A stretch of 64,000 nucleotides of DNA from Balanoglossus misakiensis (lineage: Eukaryota > Animalia > Hemichordata): the NCBI GenBank assembly GCA_040954595.2, contig CM082583.2:2613060-2677059 (forward strand), in the 5' to 3' direction. Both the position numbers and the translations under genes were made by a program. The notes beneath the pieces were generated by a model. That model was not told the origin of the DNA, did no database searches, and saw only the letters and a list, made by a program, of their open reading frames with translations. Positions 1-14,094 of the stretch are shown here, piece by piece (positions within the stretch are counted from its first letter, which is position 1; the number at the start of each line of letters is the position of its first letter).

Positions 1-954
1 AATAGTCATTTTCCTTGTGGAGTAAGAATAAGTGAGATTTCTTATTTTGAGGGCTCGCGTTGGATTTCTGTGAAGAGCTATACAATGATTTGATACGCTC
101 ACCTTGAGATGGGACACCCGTTGTTATGGGCCTTTGGAGGACAGTACACTCAGTTTTAAACGAAACCACCATGAATTACGTCCGACCAGGGGATTGGAAC
201 TAATTGAAAATACGCACGATTGTCCGGGTAATGTCTCAGGGTGGAATAGTAGTCTGGTTCCCTGCCCCATTCCCACCGCAGTACACTACAACTTTGTTTG
301 AAAAACGCTGTAACTATAATTTAACTGTTTACACCATGCGCAGAAACCTGCGTAAACAACCAACATGATTGAGGCACGATATTCCTTAAGCTGGAAGGTG
401 GTACCTAAAGAGAGGTTTGGCCATGTATATCATCACCATCATCATCACCATGTTTATCCCAGTACTACTGCCCACCGGCCAAAAGTATATAGACAACAGC
501 AACAACAACGATGATGATGAGATTTCGGCTTGATTTGACAGATATATAAAAAAATCTTACTAAAAGGGACAATGTCTCTCTTTTTGATGTCTAACTTCAT
601 CAAATACGTATTACTTGAAGAATACCGTGAACTATGTTTTTACCCTTTACCCTAAGATCGAATTGTCTGACCGTACGTGCGATTTGAACGAGCCGCACAA
701 TCAACTACTAGTACTATACCACGATCAGGAACTTGCGACCCGAGCCGACATTGCATTTCTAACGCCAAACAGCGTTTGATTTAATTCCACGTTGTATTTC
801 CGAGAAAATATCTTATCTGACATTCAGTTTTCCGGGCTCGTTTACGTTTCGTGCTGATGCAATGAGTTGTTGGTGACGTCGTTTTCGTTTGCAGACTGTT
901 GCGGTTCTATTGGTGGCTGACATTTTGAATGCCACCTGCTATGTAAATGAGGTT

Positions 955-1118
955 TATATAAGTAGCGGTGAAAGTTTGTCCGCACTCATTCAGCCCAAAG
1001 TGGTGCTGTACGGACGCGGGTTTCAGCGTCGTACACGTATGGTTAAATTTTGTCGTTTCGTTGAGTCAACGTCAGCAGCTTCGGTATCACCCCAAAGGCG
1101 TCACTATCTGAGGTAAGC
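955..1118 (+). promoter_or_regulatory. Candidate Pol II core promoter and first exon ending in a splice donor
   Basis: TATATAAG at 955-962. Initiator-like TCATTC at 986-991, about 30 nt downstream. Donor AG|GTAAGC with the intron starting at 1113. CRE-like TGACGTC near 873. CpG-rich surroundings (about 680-1280) compared with the AT-rich background. Confidence 0.45.
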
Positions 1119-1935
1119 GAGTCAAGTTTCGTCAATTATTTCGCATACCGTTTTTGGACGCAACTTTCGTGGAACTTCAGGCAAGCAGTTTCATTGTGAA
1201 TTCCCGACGTGTCATTACTGCGGCCACGTCAGCGTTTTGTAGTTTTTTGGGCTTGGCAGTCACGTTTATTTCATCGAGGCTTTCGAACTTTCTAGAACTT
1301 TATTGAATTTACTTTTGTGCATTTTGACAACGCATAAATGTACTTTCTTTGAGTTTCCTATTTTCTCCCTTTTTCACCATTTCATTTAGAACCGTAATTT
1401 GCTGTATGTATACGCAAAGGTTATGTAATTATTCGGAACCCTCTGTGTATTAAAGAACATCGAACTTTATTCATGGTTGTGGATTACATACAAGTACGAG
1501 TGTCTCAAGTGTTTGAAGTTTGGAGTGATATTGAGTCCGTGTAGGGCCAAGAGATCCTACACCGATTATTCAAAACATGGCTGCCGTTGCTATGACAAAC
1601 GCTCACGACCATTTCCACCAGTTGTACAATAAGTACAAGCATTGTGATTTCGACAGGTGGACAAATATATTTTTCGAAATTACCGGTTTACAAAATCCCT
1701 ATGGGAGGAGAGTTTCGATACCTGAGCTATGTGTGTTTTATGTTCTCAAGCAGGGTCATGTATATGAATAACATAACTTAAAGTTAATACAAGAGAACAT
1801 TATAAATTGGAAAAACAGTAACTTATATCATAACGCAAACATTTGTCAGATATGCGTATTAGTTGTATATGAATATGACACAGCGGTAATCACTTAGTAC
1901 ATTCAGATTCCTCTATTAAAAGTTCAATCCATTCC

Positions 1936-1936
1936 G

Positions 1937-2001
<65 letters not shown>
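1936..2001. repeat. (GTT)22 microsatellite
   Basis: Perfect trinucleotide run. It explains the poly-Asn ORF at 1924..2118. Confidence 0.98.
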
Positions 2002-3946
2002 ACACAAGTATACATCACTAGTTTTAGTGAGGTTCATTAAAATTGCAAGTTTTGTGGAATTCTTTGTAGTAAAAATATGACTGGATTCGTGACGTACTCT
2101 TTCCTGAGTGAAACACAACGATCATTTATCATTTTCCCTACCTTATGTTTCATTGTCTAATGTATATGTTTCGGTCGTGGATATCAGGCAATATTAAACC
2201 TTTACAACAGTAAAAGTATTAATTTGAAAAAAAAACATTTGTCATGGGCTTTAGTTGAAAAAAAGGAGATTTAACAATACATGTTTGTCTCTTTTAATAG
2301 TTTATGTGGCTAGTATTGTTCACTAATCCGTTAATCCTACATGAGCTGTCGCCACAAGTACAATTGTTCATGAGCATGCAATGTGTAGCTTGTAAAATAA
2401 GTATCAGAAATTGTGCACATATTTCTCGATCTTTTTTTTAAATAAAATATTCATCGGAATATTTCTCGATCTTAAACACAACGACCTTGGTACCAATACC
2501 CAATGTACTAAGATCAACTCACACAGAGTGACACTTTAAGTAACCATAGAAACCACTTAGGTGCACATGTAGCTACACTATAAGGTATTTGCTGTAGACT
2601 GCGGGACTTTTGATTAGAGCGTAATTTTACATTTTGCCATAGGCAAGAATGTATTTAAGAGCACGAGTTAATTTTCATCAAGTCACGTTCATCACATGAA
2701 GAGGACAAGAGCGTGACTCTCCGATGTTTTAATTTCAAAATCTAAAGAGTGTAGAACGATAAAGATAGTCCGTCAACTACAAATACTTGGCAATCATTTA
2801 TCCTGTAGACTCAACGAAAATGAAGATGATAACAAAAGTAACAGAGGTGTGACCTTTGCCAGTAGGGTCAATTGCGATGGCGCACAGTATTTAAGGAAAT
2901 GAAGATTGTAATTTTAAAGTAAGATGAAAACCAAGAGGAAATGCATCATAAAGTTCGTGGTTTAGTTAAATGTTGTGTTCCGACCAAAAGAAAGCCAGTT
3001 GTGTCGATTTCAAATACCGAGCTGCAGTCGCTTTCAAACGAAATGGAATGACAGTCAAGATAGAACGTTTTGGTGTGAGATTATTTCGTGCTACGAGTTA
3101 ACTTCCCCTTTCAATGACAACAATTCCTGGGGTCCGCGAGAACCAGCATTGGGTCCTTTCCCTGAATAAAACTTGAATTTTCATTGGCAATGCCTTTTCT
3201 CGCAGTTGCTCTATATATGCAATTTCCACAGAATTTTCAAATTGTTTTCCTATGCTACCAACATTTTCAACCATTTTCAATTGCTACAACAAAATATATG
3301 TGATATGTTGGAGAGAAAAAATGAACCCACGATGAAAAAGGGGTTAAGGGTTGTGTGGTAAGGGTTGCGTCTTTTGGGCGAAGATCGAGTTACACGGAAT
3401 AGTCACACCATGGAAATCAGGGGTAAACCACAGTATATTCAGAGGAATTTTCAGAATGTTCACCTTGAAATTTAAGGATATGATCTGTGCTGCGTAATGA
3501 CATACCCGCAAAGTCCTCTGCACATGTACTACATTTTTTCAGACCGCCCCCCCCCCCCCGAAAATGAAAGCATTTGGAAGTAGCAACACGCAACCTATTC
3601 GAATCGCAGCAACAAGCGTTGTGAGTGGTGAAGATATGACCGCACGATAAATGTCGCATTAGATTGTGATCTGTGTACCCATGGTTTGGTGCATTTTGTC
3701 CACTAAACATATTCTCAGCTGTATTATGCTTTCGTCTGGGGGTTTGACCTTTCAACTTCAAGTATTGAAAGGATTGTCTTACAACAACGGTCAAGGCAAA
3801 GTGCAGTGACTATAACACTGTTTTACATGATCAGTGATTAATATACATATGCTGATGTCGCAATCTAATTACAATAAATGTACAATAAAATCAATCAAGC
3901 AGTAAACTCTTGGAGTTCTCTTGTGATCACTGTGAAGTGTGTGTCC

Positions 3947-5020
3947 TTTTTACCTCGCGTTATAAAAGCGAGGAAATGTTATCGCCCTTTCTATGTGTTT
4001 GTCTGCCAGCACGATTGTTCAAAAACAGCTGATCAGATTTCGATTAGCTTAGGTACACAGGATCTATATGCGGATAGCAATACCTGATTTGTTTTTGGTG
4101 ACAGCGGGCAGCAAATCAATCCGGTTATGAACAAAATAAAAATCGACGTCGATGCAACCCTATCAAGTGCTTGCCTGTGCTAGGCGACTAATTCTGCGCG
4201 TCCACTTTCGGCCGGTTTCAAAGACCCGCAGCAGATATGAACTGCATATGCTCACGTGTTTATATTTTGTTAAAACTGGAAATGTGCGAAGTTAAGCAAT
4301 AAATTATCACAAAGTTTAACTTTCTTTCAAAGCAACTGATCTTTATATAATTGAACTAATTTGTTAAATATTTAAATCAATAACTAATTAACATGTCAAT
4401 GTACATTCAGATATCCGGCAGATGAATATCTGTACCTTTTTTCTTAAAGTACATGCATGTATATAAAGCAAATGTGCAGTTTATTGATTGTTGATGACTC
4501 AGCACTGAAACACGTTCGACGTCTCTGGATTGCATGAGGCTAATTGATCAAAGTCATTAAATATGCAAAATATCCATTAACATGTCACTGCCAAATTTCT
4601 CATAACAAAGCCACATATCGGTCAGATCAATATCTTTAGCAAATGTCGAAAAAAATCGGTGCAGTAATTTCAGAAATACAGCACTAATTAGAAAAGGTCA
4701 TTAAATATGCAAATGAGTAGATAATTGACATGACACACATTGTACCATCATAATCTCGTGAGATTGCTATTCGTACCTGGTTTCATCAAATTTGGTGTAG
4801 TAATTCTATGTTTATGCCGAGGCTATTGTGTTGCCTCCCATAGAGAACCACGTAACAGAAAAATTAAAACCTTGATAACTTCATTAATATGCAAGCCGCC
4901 AACCAAAATCTAATCAGTCCTTGCCATTTGAAAACTGATCCAGTGTACCAAATTTGACTTGAATCAATTCAACCGTTCTTGAGATATCATGCAGACAGAC
5001 AGACAGACAGACAGACAGAA
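3947..5020. mobile_element. Helentron/HINE-like non-autonomous element, family shared with 57045-57471
   Basis: Begins with a T-run plus the hairpin CCTCGC...GCGAGG and a GTCTG tract, and ends in (CAGA)n at 4991-5018. Segments 4233-4345 and 4886-4980 align by eye with 57116-57228 and 57321-57410. Internal degenerate repeat TCATTAAATATGCAAA near 4555 and 4699, about 144 bp apart. Confidence 0.6.
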
Positions 5021-6939
5021 AGCTGAAACTTAGCTGCATTGGCGTTTCATTTTACTTTGGATAAGAGTCTGGTCGTAGTTGTTTCTCATATGTAGCTGAT
5101 GATTTCTCGGGTTCTACATATCGTTCTGCGACGCGCGCGTGTGACGCTCGGCACACCGCACTTGTCGTCCGACACCTTGTGCATAACAAATCGATGCACC
5201 ATAATGATCCGTCACGAATCACGCGTGATCATTCATATTTGGTTATGTGTTCTGACTATAATCAGCAGTCGTCTATTTCCTTCCCCGAATTATATTGAAT
5301 AGGGAAATAGTAAACATAGTGTTTAATGCTATACGATCTTAGACATTTCCACAAGTACAACTTAGTCTGCATTTGTTTCATTATCAAAACGAATTTTGTG
5401 CATGGTGTGTTCACACACATCATGTTATGACCTAAATCAGAAAACGATGTTTCTAATGAATGGCGCAGTTACAGATGCATACTCCCTTTGCCTAGATATT
5501 TTAGCAGCTATTGAGAGCCACATATTTGATAACCTTTGTACCACAAAGCTCTTGTAATGGTTATGGAGTTCACACATGGACCATTAGGACGTTCCTCGGA
5601 AGTCTCAGGTCAAATAATTGCATAAATTAGTATTTGTGTCCGGTTGCAGTGGTATTGAACCGTTTCAGATTGTAGACGGCTTTGCCGGCCAGACCTGCGC
5701 CAGTGTAAGGATAACACCTCTCCGAAACACAATGCCTATGTGAACGATCGCCAGGGTTTATGCTGAAACAGTTCTGTATGTGGACAAAAGGCGACTCAAA
5801 TAATTAATTATATGTGTTTACAAGAAGGCTTATTTTCCATTTGCGTAAATAAACTGACAGATATGATACATAATACTTAATACAGGTTTAGAAGCGTAGT
5901 ATAATCACATGGTACTCGGAGGTAGGTCACGGTTGAGGAATGTACAATTATGGAGTATAACATTCGTGATGAAAAACTCACCCCAGCGTCCTCTGGCCAT
6001 CCCATCCGTTTTAATAAAATCTTACTAAAATATCCAAATCACATTTAGCTTTTAGCAAATATTTAGAATTTTTACTGTATTGTGAATAGTCAAACATAAA
6101 AAATAACTGATATTCAAAATAACATATCATTTGTTCGGTTTTGTAATCATGGAATACTTATCAAAACAAACCCCGCAATGCCATATTATCATAGGTAGAA
6201 GGCTACAAGCTAAAGGTACATTGCTCAAGAACACATCATCATGGCCACAACCTTCTCCCGTGAGACTCTCTTGTCAAAAGACACTCGGACAAGTAACCTC
6301 TTCTTGCCAAATAGGTCTTATGAACCGTAGTGAATACAGATCGATACTTTATATATTATTTAACAGGAAATGGAAATAGCAGCTTGTATATACAACATAC
6401 ACATGTGATTGTTATCAAATGTCAATTTCTATTCGAGAAGAAATGCGTGGAAAATAATAACTTTGCTACATAACAGAATTATGACAGAAAATTCATGGTT
6501 CCATGCCTTCTCATCCGTACAGTTGATCATGCGACATATTTTCGTGTCTAAAATCAGATCGTTGGATATTTTATCAAAGATCACGGATCCGGAGTAAAAC
6601 ATGTAGCCATTATTTCTTTTTGAAGCCCAGGTTATGCATGGCCAAGCAGGAATTAGATACATCATACAGATTAAGACTTCCAATGGATAGGTGACAGTAC
6701 TGACAACAATGAGTAACCGTGCCAGAAGGCCAACACTAATGCATTAATTCAGCTGGGATCCGCCCAATTTATGCAAAAAAAATTCCTCTGCCTCTCTGTT
6801 TTCTAAAAGAAGAAACCTAATCGCACTGAAAACAGTAATGAATAGAATATTGTTGGTTTTAGCATTGTAGAAAAAAGCAGTTAGCTTGCCTAGGACACCT
6901 GCGTTTCCATTTGGATATTTCCTAGCTCTGTGCTTTCAG

Positions 6940-7147
6940 ATGAAAGTGGATTAGGGATCTGTCGACGGAGATGAGGATGGGGATAATTAAGCGATCCACA
7001 GAGTATTGGCCTTCTTTTGAAACGCTCCTAGAGTCGTATTACAATCAAATTGCTTTAGGACAAATTTGCGTTGCATGGCGATAAGACTCGCCGACGTGCA
7101 TACGATAATAAGTCAATCAGTCAAATATTCTGCCGTTCTCTCTAGTG
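6940..7147 (+). other. Candidate non-coding (UTR or lncRNA) exon
   Basis: Acceptor ctctgtgctttcAG| ends at 6939 and donor GTG|GTAAGA starts at 7148. All three frames hit a stop shortly after the acceptor. Confidence 0.25.
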
Positions 7148-7562
7148 GTAAGATAAGACCGGTTTTGCACCAAATATTCATAATATTTAGTGCATTTGAT
7201 GAGCAGTGTGAAGATGACATACCTCTGGGATCTCCACTATCTCCACTTGTTAGGAACGAGAATTATCTTACCTGGACGAACGCTTTTACGAGAACAAGAG
7301 TACTATATGTCCACGATGGGAATCCATTAATAGCCTATTTAGAAGAATCATTCAGTTGCTTCAACGAAAGAGCTGGGCCCGAGGAGCTTACAATGGCATT
7401 GCTCGTTTTACTACAGCGCGTGCCACCCAACCTTGGCAGCTTATATGGTACATTTATTTTGTGTACACCACATAATTTAGTATTAATTCCTGGAAAAAAA
7501 TATTGGAATCATTTAAGTGTTTGTATTTTTGTTTTATTTATTTGGTTTAAACATGCGCGACT

Positions 7563-7703
7563 GTGGTTTACCCGTACATTTTCGCTGCCATATGCTAGTT
7601 CAGGGGCCCGTTTTACCACTGCCAGCCATGGTAAAACAGTATTTTACCATGGCTGGATTCAGCTCTCGTCCAATCAGAATCGCGGACGGTAGCATGATAT
7701 AAT
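7563..7703 (+). repeat. Dispersed repeat fragment, copy 1
   Basis: Aligns with the reverse complement of 53819-53946 (CTAGTTCAGRGGCCCGTTTTACCACTGC...GCTCTCGTYCAATCAGAAT...ACGGTAGYATGA). Contains the hairpin CCAGCCATGGTAAAA-cagta-TTTTACCATGGCTGG. Confidence 0.75.
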
Positions 7704-9679
7704 ATAATACTTATTAGTTCATTACAGGCTCATGATCGTTGCAATGACTATCTTCTCTCTTCCTTTTACGTCTGATCCAAAAATATGTCGGCCATCGGTT
7801 GTTATTGTGCTATATATAACAGCAGTATTTTGTGCAATCTAGAGTTCTACCTTAGATAGCTTACAAAGAATTGCCAAGTAATTACCCGCTAGCAGGATGT
7901 ATTAGTGTTTTACGTACGGTTTATTCAGTGGCTATTGGCGGTTGACGACAAAGTCGGGAAACAGCCATTTATCAATGAACAACTAATCACTGTATATACA
8001 GGTGACATTTATATAGACAGCCGTCGATTAGAATGTTTGATGTAGGAAAATTGCCACTCAGATTAGCGAGTTAGAGTTACTTCATCGATAGCTTAATCAT
8101 GTATACATGATAATAAACAATTAGTGGATATACATGTTATAAATCCAAGGCAAATGGCTACCAGTGTTTCAATTATGTGAGGAACGGTGTAAAAAAGTTA
8201 TCATAATAGATGCTGTATTCCTATTGCCTGCACCTTATAAGCTTTATCTCCCGGATATAATGGACAGCTTAGACGATATCGGCTGGATTGGCACGTGATG
8301 CTTCAATTAAGGCAAGGATACCCAGTAAATACGAAAATTAGCGTAATATTCATTGTTTTTTTTCATCTGACCCCCCATACTCATCGTAATACATCAAAGT
8401 CTTGAAAAAGGATTCACACGGTAAATTTACGGTAAAGTGATTGAAATGGTACAATACGTGTATGAATTATTTTAACTACCGAGTAGCGCCGTACTGTTTT
8501 GGATGTTTCTATCACATTTACTCAATAAATACTGAACCGAGTAAATGAAAGAGGCATAGCCCATTAACGGCACTCTCTAAACTTTCAGGCGAGACCATGC
8601 AGTAAATTCTTATTCCAAGCATCACATACCGTGAGTGAGATGCATTGACACACGCTGTATTTCTCTATATACGTGTCATGCAGCTCAAAACTACCTTAGG
8701 GATTACGTCCATCACATGTTTCAGTCAATTCACATAATCGCCGAAGGAATAATTGCACCGTAGCTAATCAGCTGACGAACCCATTGACAAACACTTACGT
8801 ATTGTTGTATTCTCTACGGTATCTTTTAAACATGCTTTAAAAGTGCTGTGAATCTTCCAAACTACACAGGAGGAAACCCGTCTCGACAACAATGCATTTT
8901 CACAGTGCATTTCGGGTAATTTCACGTAACCCGATATAAACGACAACAAGGACATTCTGAAGCCCACATTTTCAACCTCGGTTCGTTGCACACTGTTGGT
9001 ATTATGATCATATAAATTTATATGATACAGAGCAGCCAGATGTGCACTGAATGTGACATCAAGGTCGAAATTTTGAATCAATTACGCCCTCTGATAATCA
9101 ATACATTGACAAGATAGTATGATTGATACGAATCAAGAAAGAGAACACGTAGTTATCATTATCAAATATCAAACAAACTGACAGAACTAATGTTTTCTAT
9201 ACCCGACTGATGTTCTAGGAGATAACGCATACCAGACAAGCGATATTATGGTTATGTCTCTCCAGCATTTCTAGACTTTTTTATCAAGTTGGATGTCCCA
9301 CCCACATTTAAACACCATGGAAAACATAATAAACAATGTCAGCAAAAATACCTTATATAACAGATGCATCGACTCTCAAAAGTTTACTACATACATTACC
9401 AGCGCTAGTTAATATTGCTTTTAATCAAATGCGCACTTTCAATCCGGGGTTTTCGCATGGGGTTTCCTCCTAGCCATGTACTGGGCTTATTGCAATCTGT
9501 TTGATGTGTCATAACGATACTACATACTGACTCGGATCTCAACCGTTTGTCACTGGCAACTAGCTTAATTAACCTGCAAACAAATTATCACTATCCACAA
9601 AGTGTTACGGGTTTGATGTATCATTCTCCAGGATTAACCATACTGTGTTACACCTGCCAGTGGGGTTCGAAACGTTATT

Positions 9680-10070
9680 GATCAGCATATCAACTTCTGT
9701 TTTAAGCCATTGTGATGATGCCCTTGATTGGCCAAGACTGGTTTGTCTACATCGTTTTAAAGGGTCCTCAATAACAGGACAATTCATATCACAAGCAACA
9801 TTAAACATTGAAAGCCACCTATCAAAATCAGCATTAACTTCATTTCAAAACTCGATAGACGCCAGGTAGCAGTAAAAGGTCGTTTATAAATAAGTTCGTT
9901 GATGTTTTTGAGAGATCAGTATTAATGTAATCTACGAATTTAGACTGAAAAAATGACTGAAAAAAACTAATATCAGAATTACAACTACTCATGATATTTT
10001 CATTATTTGTTAAACCTGTACGACATGATCTAGACAGATGTTGACTCCGGACGTGTAATAACGTCAACTA
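9680..10070 (-). mobile_element. Heavily decayed LINE ORF2 fragment (end of endonuclease and linker, CR1 group)
   Basis: Minus-strand peptides TRPESTS / TNNENIMSS..SD / NLFINDL / VNADFDRWLSMFNVACDMNCPV / QWLKTEV follow the order expected for a CR1/L2 endonuclease C-terminus and linker. Broken by stops and frameshifts. Confidence 0.4.
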
Positions 10071-12848
10071 CGACTACGTGTACCATATTACGATACACCA
10101 GTGAAAAAACATACACCATTGGGAACTCTGGTCTGATAAGAGGTCGGCATTGATGTCTCCGCACACTATAATTTATTTGGCTGGAAACCCTTCTAGATGT
10201 CTTATACAACAGAAACATCTACATCACAGGAAGAGTTAGCTGTATGACACAAATATGGAATTGTACGGAGACACATTCACCAATGTTATGTCACGTAAGT
10301 GATAAATTGAACATTAAGGCAAAGTTAACGCTGCATATTAAAATAGATACACAGCATCGATAGTACGATATATGAGTATGCAATAATTTCAGTCGGCTGT
10401 CTGGTGCTAATTGTTAATTTGCATATTTAACCAGTTCTTTCAGAAGACTCAATCAGAGTCGGATCATGTCCGGTTTAAAACGCGTGCATTATTGCACTGA
10501 GCTGGGGTGCACTATCTTCAACAAGGGTAACTAACTCCGCAAACGACTTAACCGTTACTTGGGCACGAACTTTTTTGATTCTAGTAAAGTTACACTGATG
10601 GTTGTATATGGAGGTTGAGAACACGTCGTGCTATTAATTGCCTGGTAAAGTTTACTTTTATCTCTCACGTTTTTCTCCCTGGGCGCATGTTGAAAGATAA
10701 TGTAAGTGCATCAATTATAGAACACAACATACATTTTTAAAGATAAAATCTTTACATTAACGTTAACTCGCATCTTTTTCGGTCATTTCCTTTCAGTTAT
10801 TAAGACTTTCGCGTTTTGGAGGAGTGAGCACACCACATAATGTGCATGTTGTGTAATGCGTAGGAATTTGCATGTAAAACTACATATTATAACATATGAT
10901 GTGTGTTGTCTAATTTTTACTTTTTTATACTTAAAAAGCGTCTTGATTCAGTTATTTTCATCATGGCCGATTTGTTATTAATTTAGCTCCCGTGTTCACT
11001 AATGTTACACTGATTTCTGCCCATCAATTTTTGTCCGCATGTCTGTCTATTCCATTAATATATCAAGAACGGATGATCAGATTGAAAAAAAATAGTACTA
11101 GGACAGGTTTGATTTGGGATAGCCAGACGTGATTTGATTTTGTGACTTGCATATGGAGTTGTCCAAGATCGAGTTTTTGTGACAATAGTTTATCACTCTA
11201 TGGAGAGCACCATAATGAGGGAATTCGGTGGCACTACCTTGAGCACTTCTCATTTATTTTCACATATCGAGGAACCACATGAAAAGTTCCTAATTTGCAT
11301 ATTGTCATACAATTTTAGAATACGGGAGCACATTCAGTTCACATTTGGTTCAAATTCCAAAAGGGTTGCATCGTTGGAAATCTACTGACATGAATGGTAT
11401 CACCACTTAAAACGAATATGATCACAAAGATGGTACTTCGAAAAAGTAACTCAAGTATAACGTTGCCTGTCATCTACTCTACACAGTTAGAAAAATAGTC
11501 GCTTGAAACCGTGGCAATGTAAGTTACCAGTTTTAATGTATCGCACATCAGATGAACTGTCTTTTACACTAAATTTAATCTATGCATAAACCTTGTTGAC
11601 TTTTCGGAGCAGTTTCTCACATTGGCAAACATTTGTATACTTAAAGTGGAACTGTACCGTACCATGTTGAAGAGCATCGATTTTCAATGCACCTGGAGAG
11701 TACATTAAGACTTCAAACTTAACAACATCAGATTATTGATTTTAGTGCTCGGGCTAATGTATATACGTTTTTGAGTAGTTATTATCTGCTAACAATCACG
11801 TGGATGGGAATATTATGGAGATGCACATTCCATTAATTACAACAGTCATGCACCGGTTTATATGCAATTGATTGTGAATCGTTTAATGTTACTGCATTTA
11901 CGAATCAAAGAAATTGATTTGAATATCACGAATATAGGTAATTAAAGACTTGAGCGCATTATGTGTCATTTTCCAATTTCAGCAGATTTGTTAAAGCCGG
12001 TTTATTTGAGTGAAGCAATCTAAAAAAACACTGAAGATTACACATTAATGCAGTAACTTCGTCTTGATTGTATTATAAATGTACTCGATATACAACATGA
12101 ACATTGTATACTTGAACATATTGAGTGTGTATTTATTCAAAGCGTTGTCAAAAACCTTGTCTTGCGACTTCTACTCCGATTAATTGCCATACTATTTCTT
12201 ACTGTTATCCACTGGCTTCATCTAGCCTGATAAGTCAAGTGATACAAACAATCCATTTAACAGACTGCAGAATTATCCCTTTGCAAACATTTTTGTATAA
12301 ACTTGATCGAGAATTCGAAATCGTTAACTACTTATTGTACATGTTCAAATGCAGTTTTGTATAAATTCTGCACTTCGATTTACATTGATCAATCAACATG
12401 TAACGACTAAGAGTTCTAATGATAGATATGTCACTAAATCAAGATCAAGTACCTTAGAGGAAGGAAACAAACTCAGTTACTGGTAATTTCAATAATAAAC
12501 TAGTGGATCAAGATGCACTTCGGTTCACGCTTGATGAAATACACGTCTTGCTTGATTGGTAGTATGTGAATCCGTTTTAAGTAAAATTGATTTGTTTTGC
12601 AGCTATATCAACCCTCTTAATTTACACAGAATGAAGGGTCCGGACACTGTTTCCATTACGCTGATGGGTTTCCTCTATATAAATCAACATATTCTTATCC
12701 ATTGAAGGCGAATGCCGCATAATTATGAGGCCCACCTCTTTTCAGTCTTCAATTCATTTGACGCCGTAACCTAATAAGCCCCTGTGCAATAGATATAACA
12801 TTATTCGAAGGGCCATACCTCTACAAGGGCATCTTGCATATTTTATAT

Positions 12849-14094
12849 TATTGGAGCGGCATAACTGATAGAATGTGCATTTTGTGATAAAAGCACTTAA
12901 CTTGTCTCGGATGTGTGTTAATGTGTACTAAACAAATTCAGATAGTGAGACGCTAAATATTGAGTTTCAATGGCAACTATTTTCTTTTTATTCAAAATGG
13001 CCGCCAATACAGATAATCTCACCCACCAAATAACAACTGTAAAAAAACCCAAAAAACCTTATGGTCAAAAGTACCACAAGCTTTACTTGAATCTAAAAAA
13101 ATAAGATTTGGTTTGATGTAGGATGTAATATGTTTATAGTACTTAATTACCAAAATAAAGCCGTCCATTAAGACCGGTAGGATTGGATCGAAATCCATAC
13201 AATTTACATGTTAAAGGCCGAACTTCCCTACAAGTAGGGATAGCCAACTACACACGGATCTAAAGTATCAAGACATGTGGTCGATTATTTATCGTTTCAG
13301 CAATTCGACTTGAGTTCCTTTAATTTCAATGGCATTTTCGACAAGCATCAACGCCCCGACAAAACGTTGTCAAATCCGCGATCCAGATTGTGGTCTAAAC
13401 AAAGCCGACATTTTCGCATGGTTCGTTACCTAGATTGCATTGCGTTTGAGGCCCTATGTTTATGTCTGTCGACCAATCATCTAGACGACTGCGGACTCAG
13501 TTTAGGTCAACGTATATTTCGGGCAACGGACCCCCTATCAGGTTGACAAGGAAATTGTAACAGTCTCGAGTTGGCCAAACCCTCGTCTGCGCCCAATTCG
13601 GACATATCAGTGATCTGTTTATATGATTAGCTAAGGTGGTAAACTGTTGCGATTCGTGTGTGTAATTTACGTACTGCAAGTTCAATATCACAACTGGGCT
13701 AATGTTTGACTGGGAGGAGCACCTATACTAATGCGAGAACCAGGGATTGAAAGTTGCGCCTTTAAATAGTGTTTTGATCCCTTATTTACCCCTATAAGTA
13801 GTTTAGTGATCATAATTACTTTGCAAATCACTCTTTCCACAGTTTCTTGTTTCAAATATTTTAATCTGAATTTATTTTGGTGTTTAACAGTTGTTATTTG
13901 GTGGGTGAGATTATCTGTATTGGCTGCAATTTTGTAAAAATCAAAAAGTGGTTGCCATGGAAACTATTCAACAGATATTTAGTGACTTGCTATCTGAATT
14001 TGTTTAGTACACATTAACACCCATCCGAGCCAAGTTTGGTGCTTTTATCAAAAATCCACAATCGCTATGAAATTGGGGTTATGCCGCTCCACTA
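12849..14094. mobile_element. Non-autonomous DNA transposon with about 210-bp TIRs, Academ-like
   Basis: 12849-13055 is an imperfect reverse complement of about 13876-14094 (for example AATACAGATAATCTCACCCACCAAATAACAACTGT versus its exact complement). Ends are TATTGGAGCGGCATAAC and GTTATGCCGCTCCACTA. TAT flanks both sides (12846-12848 and 14095-14097). Confidence 0.8.

Noticed and set aside
1924-2118. Poly-Asn ORF
   Set aside because: Translation of the (GTT)n microsatellite.
3338-3367. Interstitial telomere (AGGGTT units)
   Set aside because: Only three interrupted units, too few to support.
7066-7692. Longest ORF (208 aa) as a protein-coding gene
   Set aside because: Non-ATG start and no recognisable domain. 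Its last part runs through a dispersed repeat also present at 53.9 kb.
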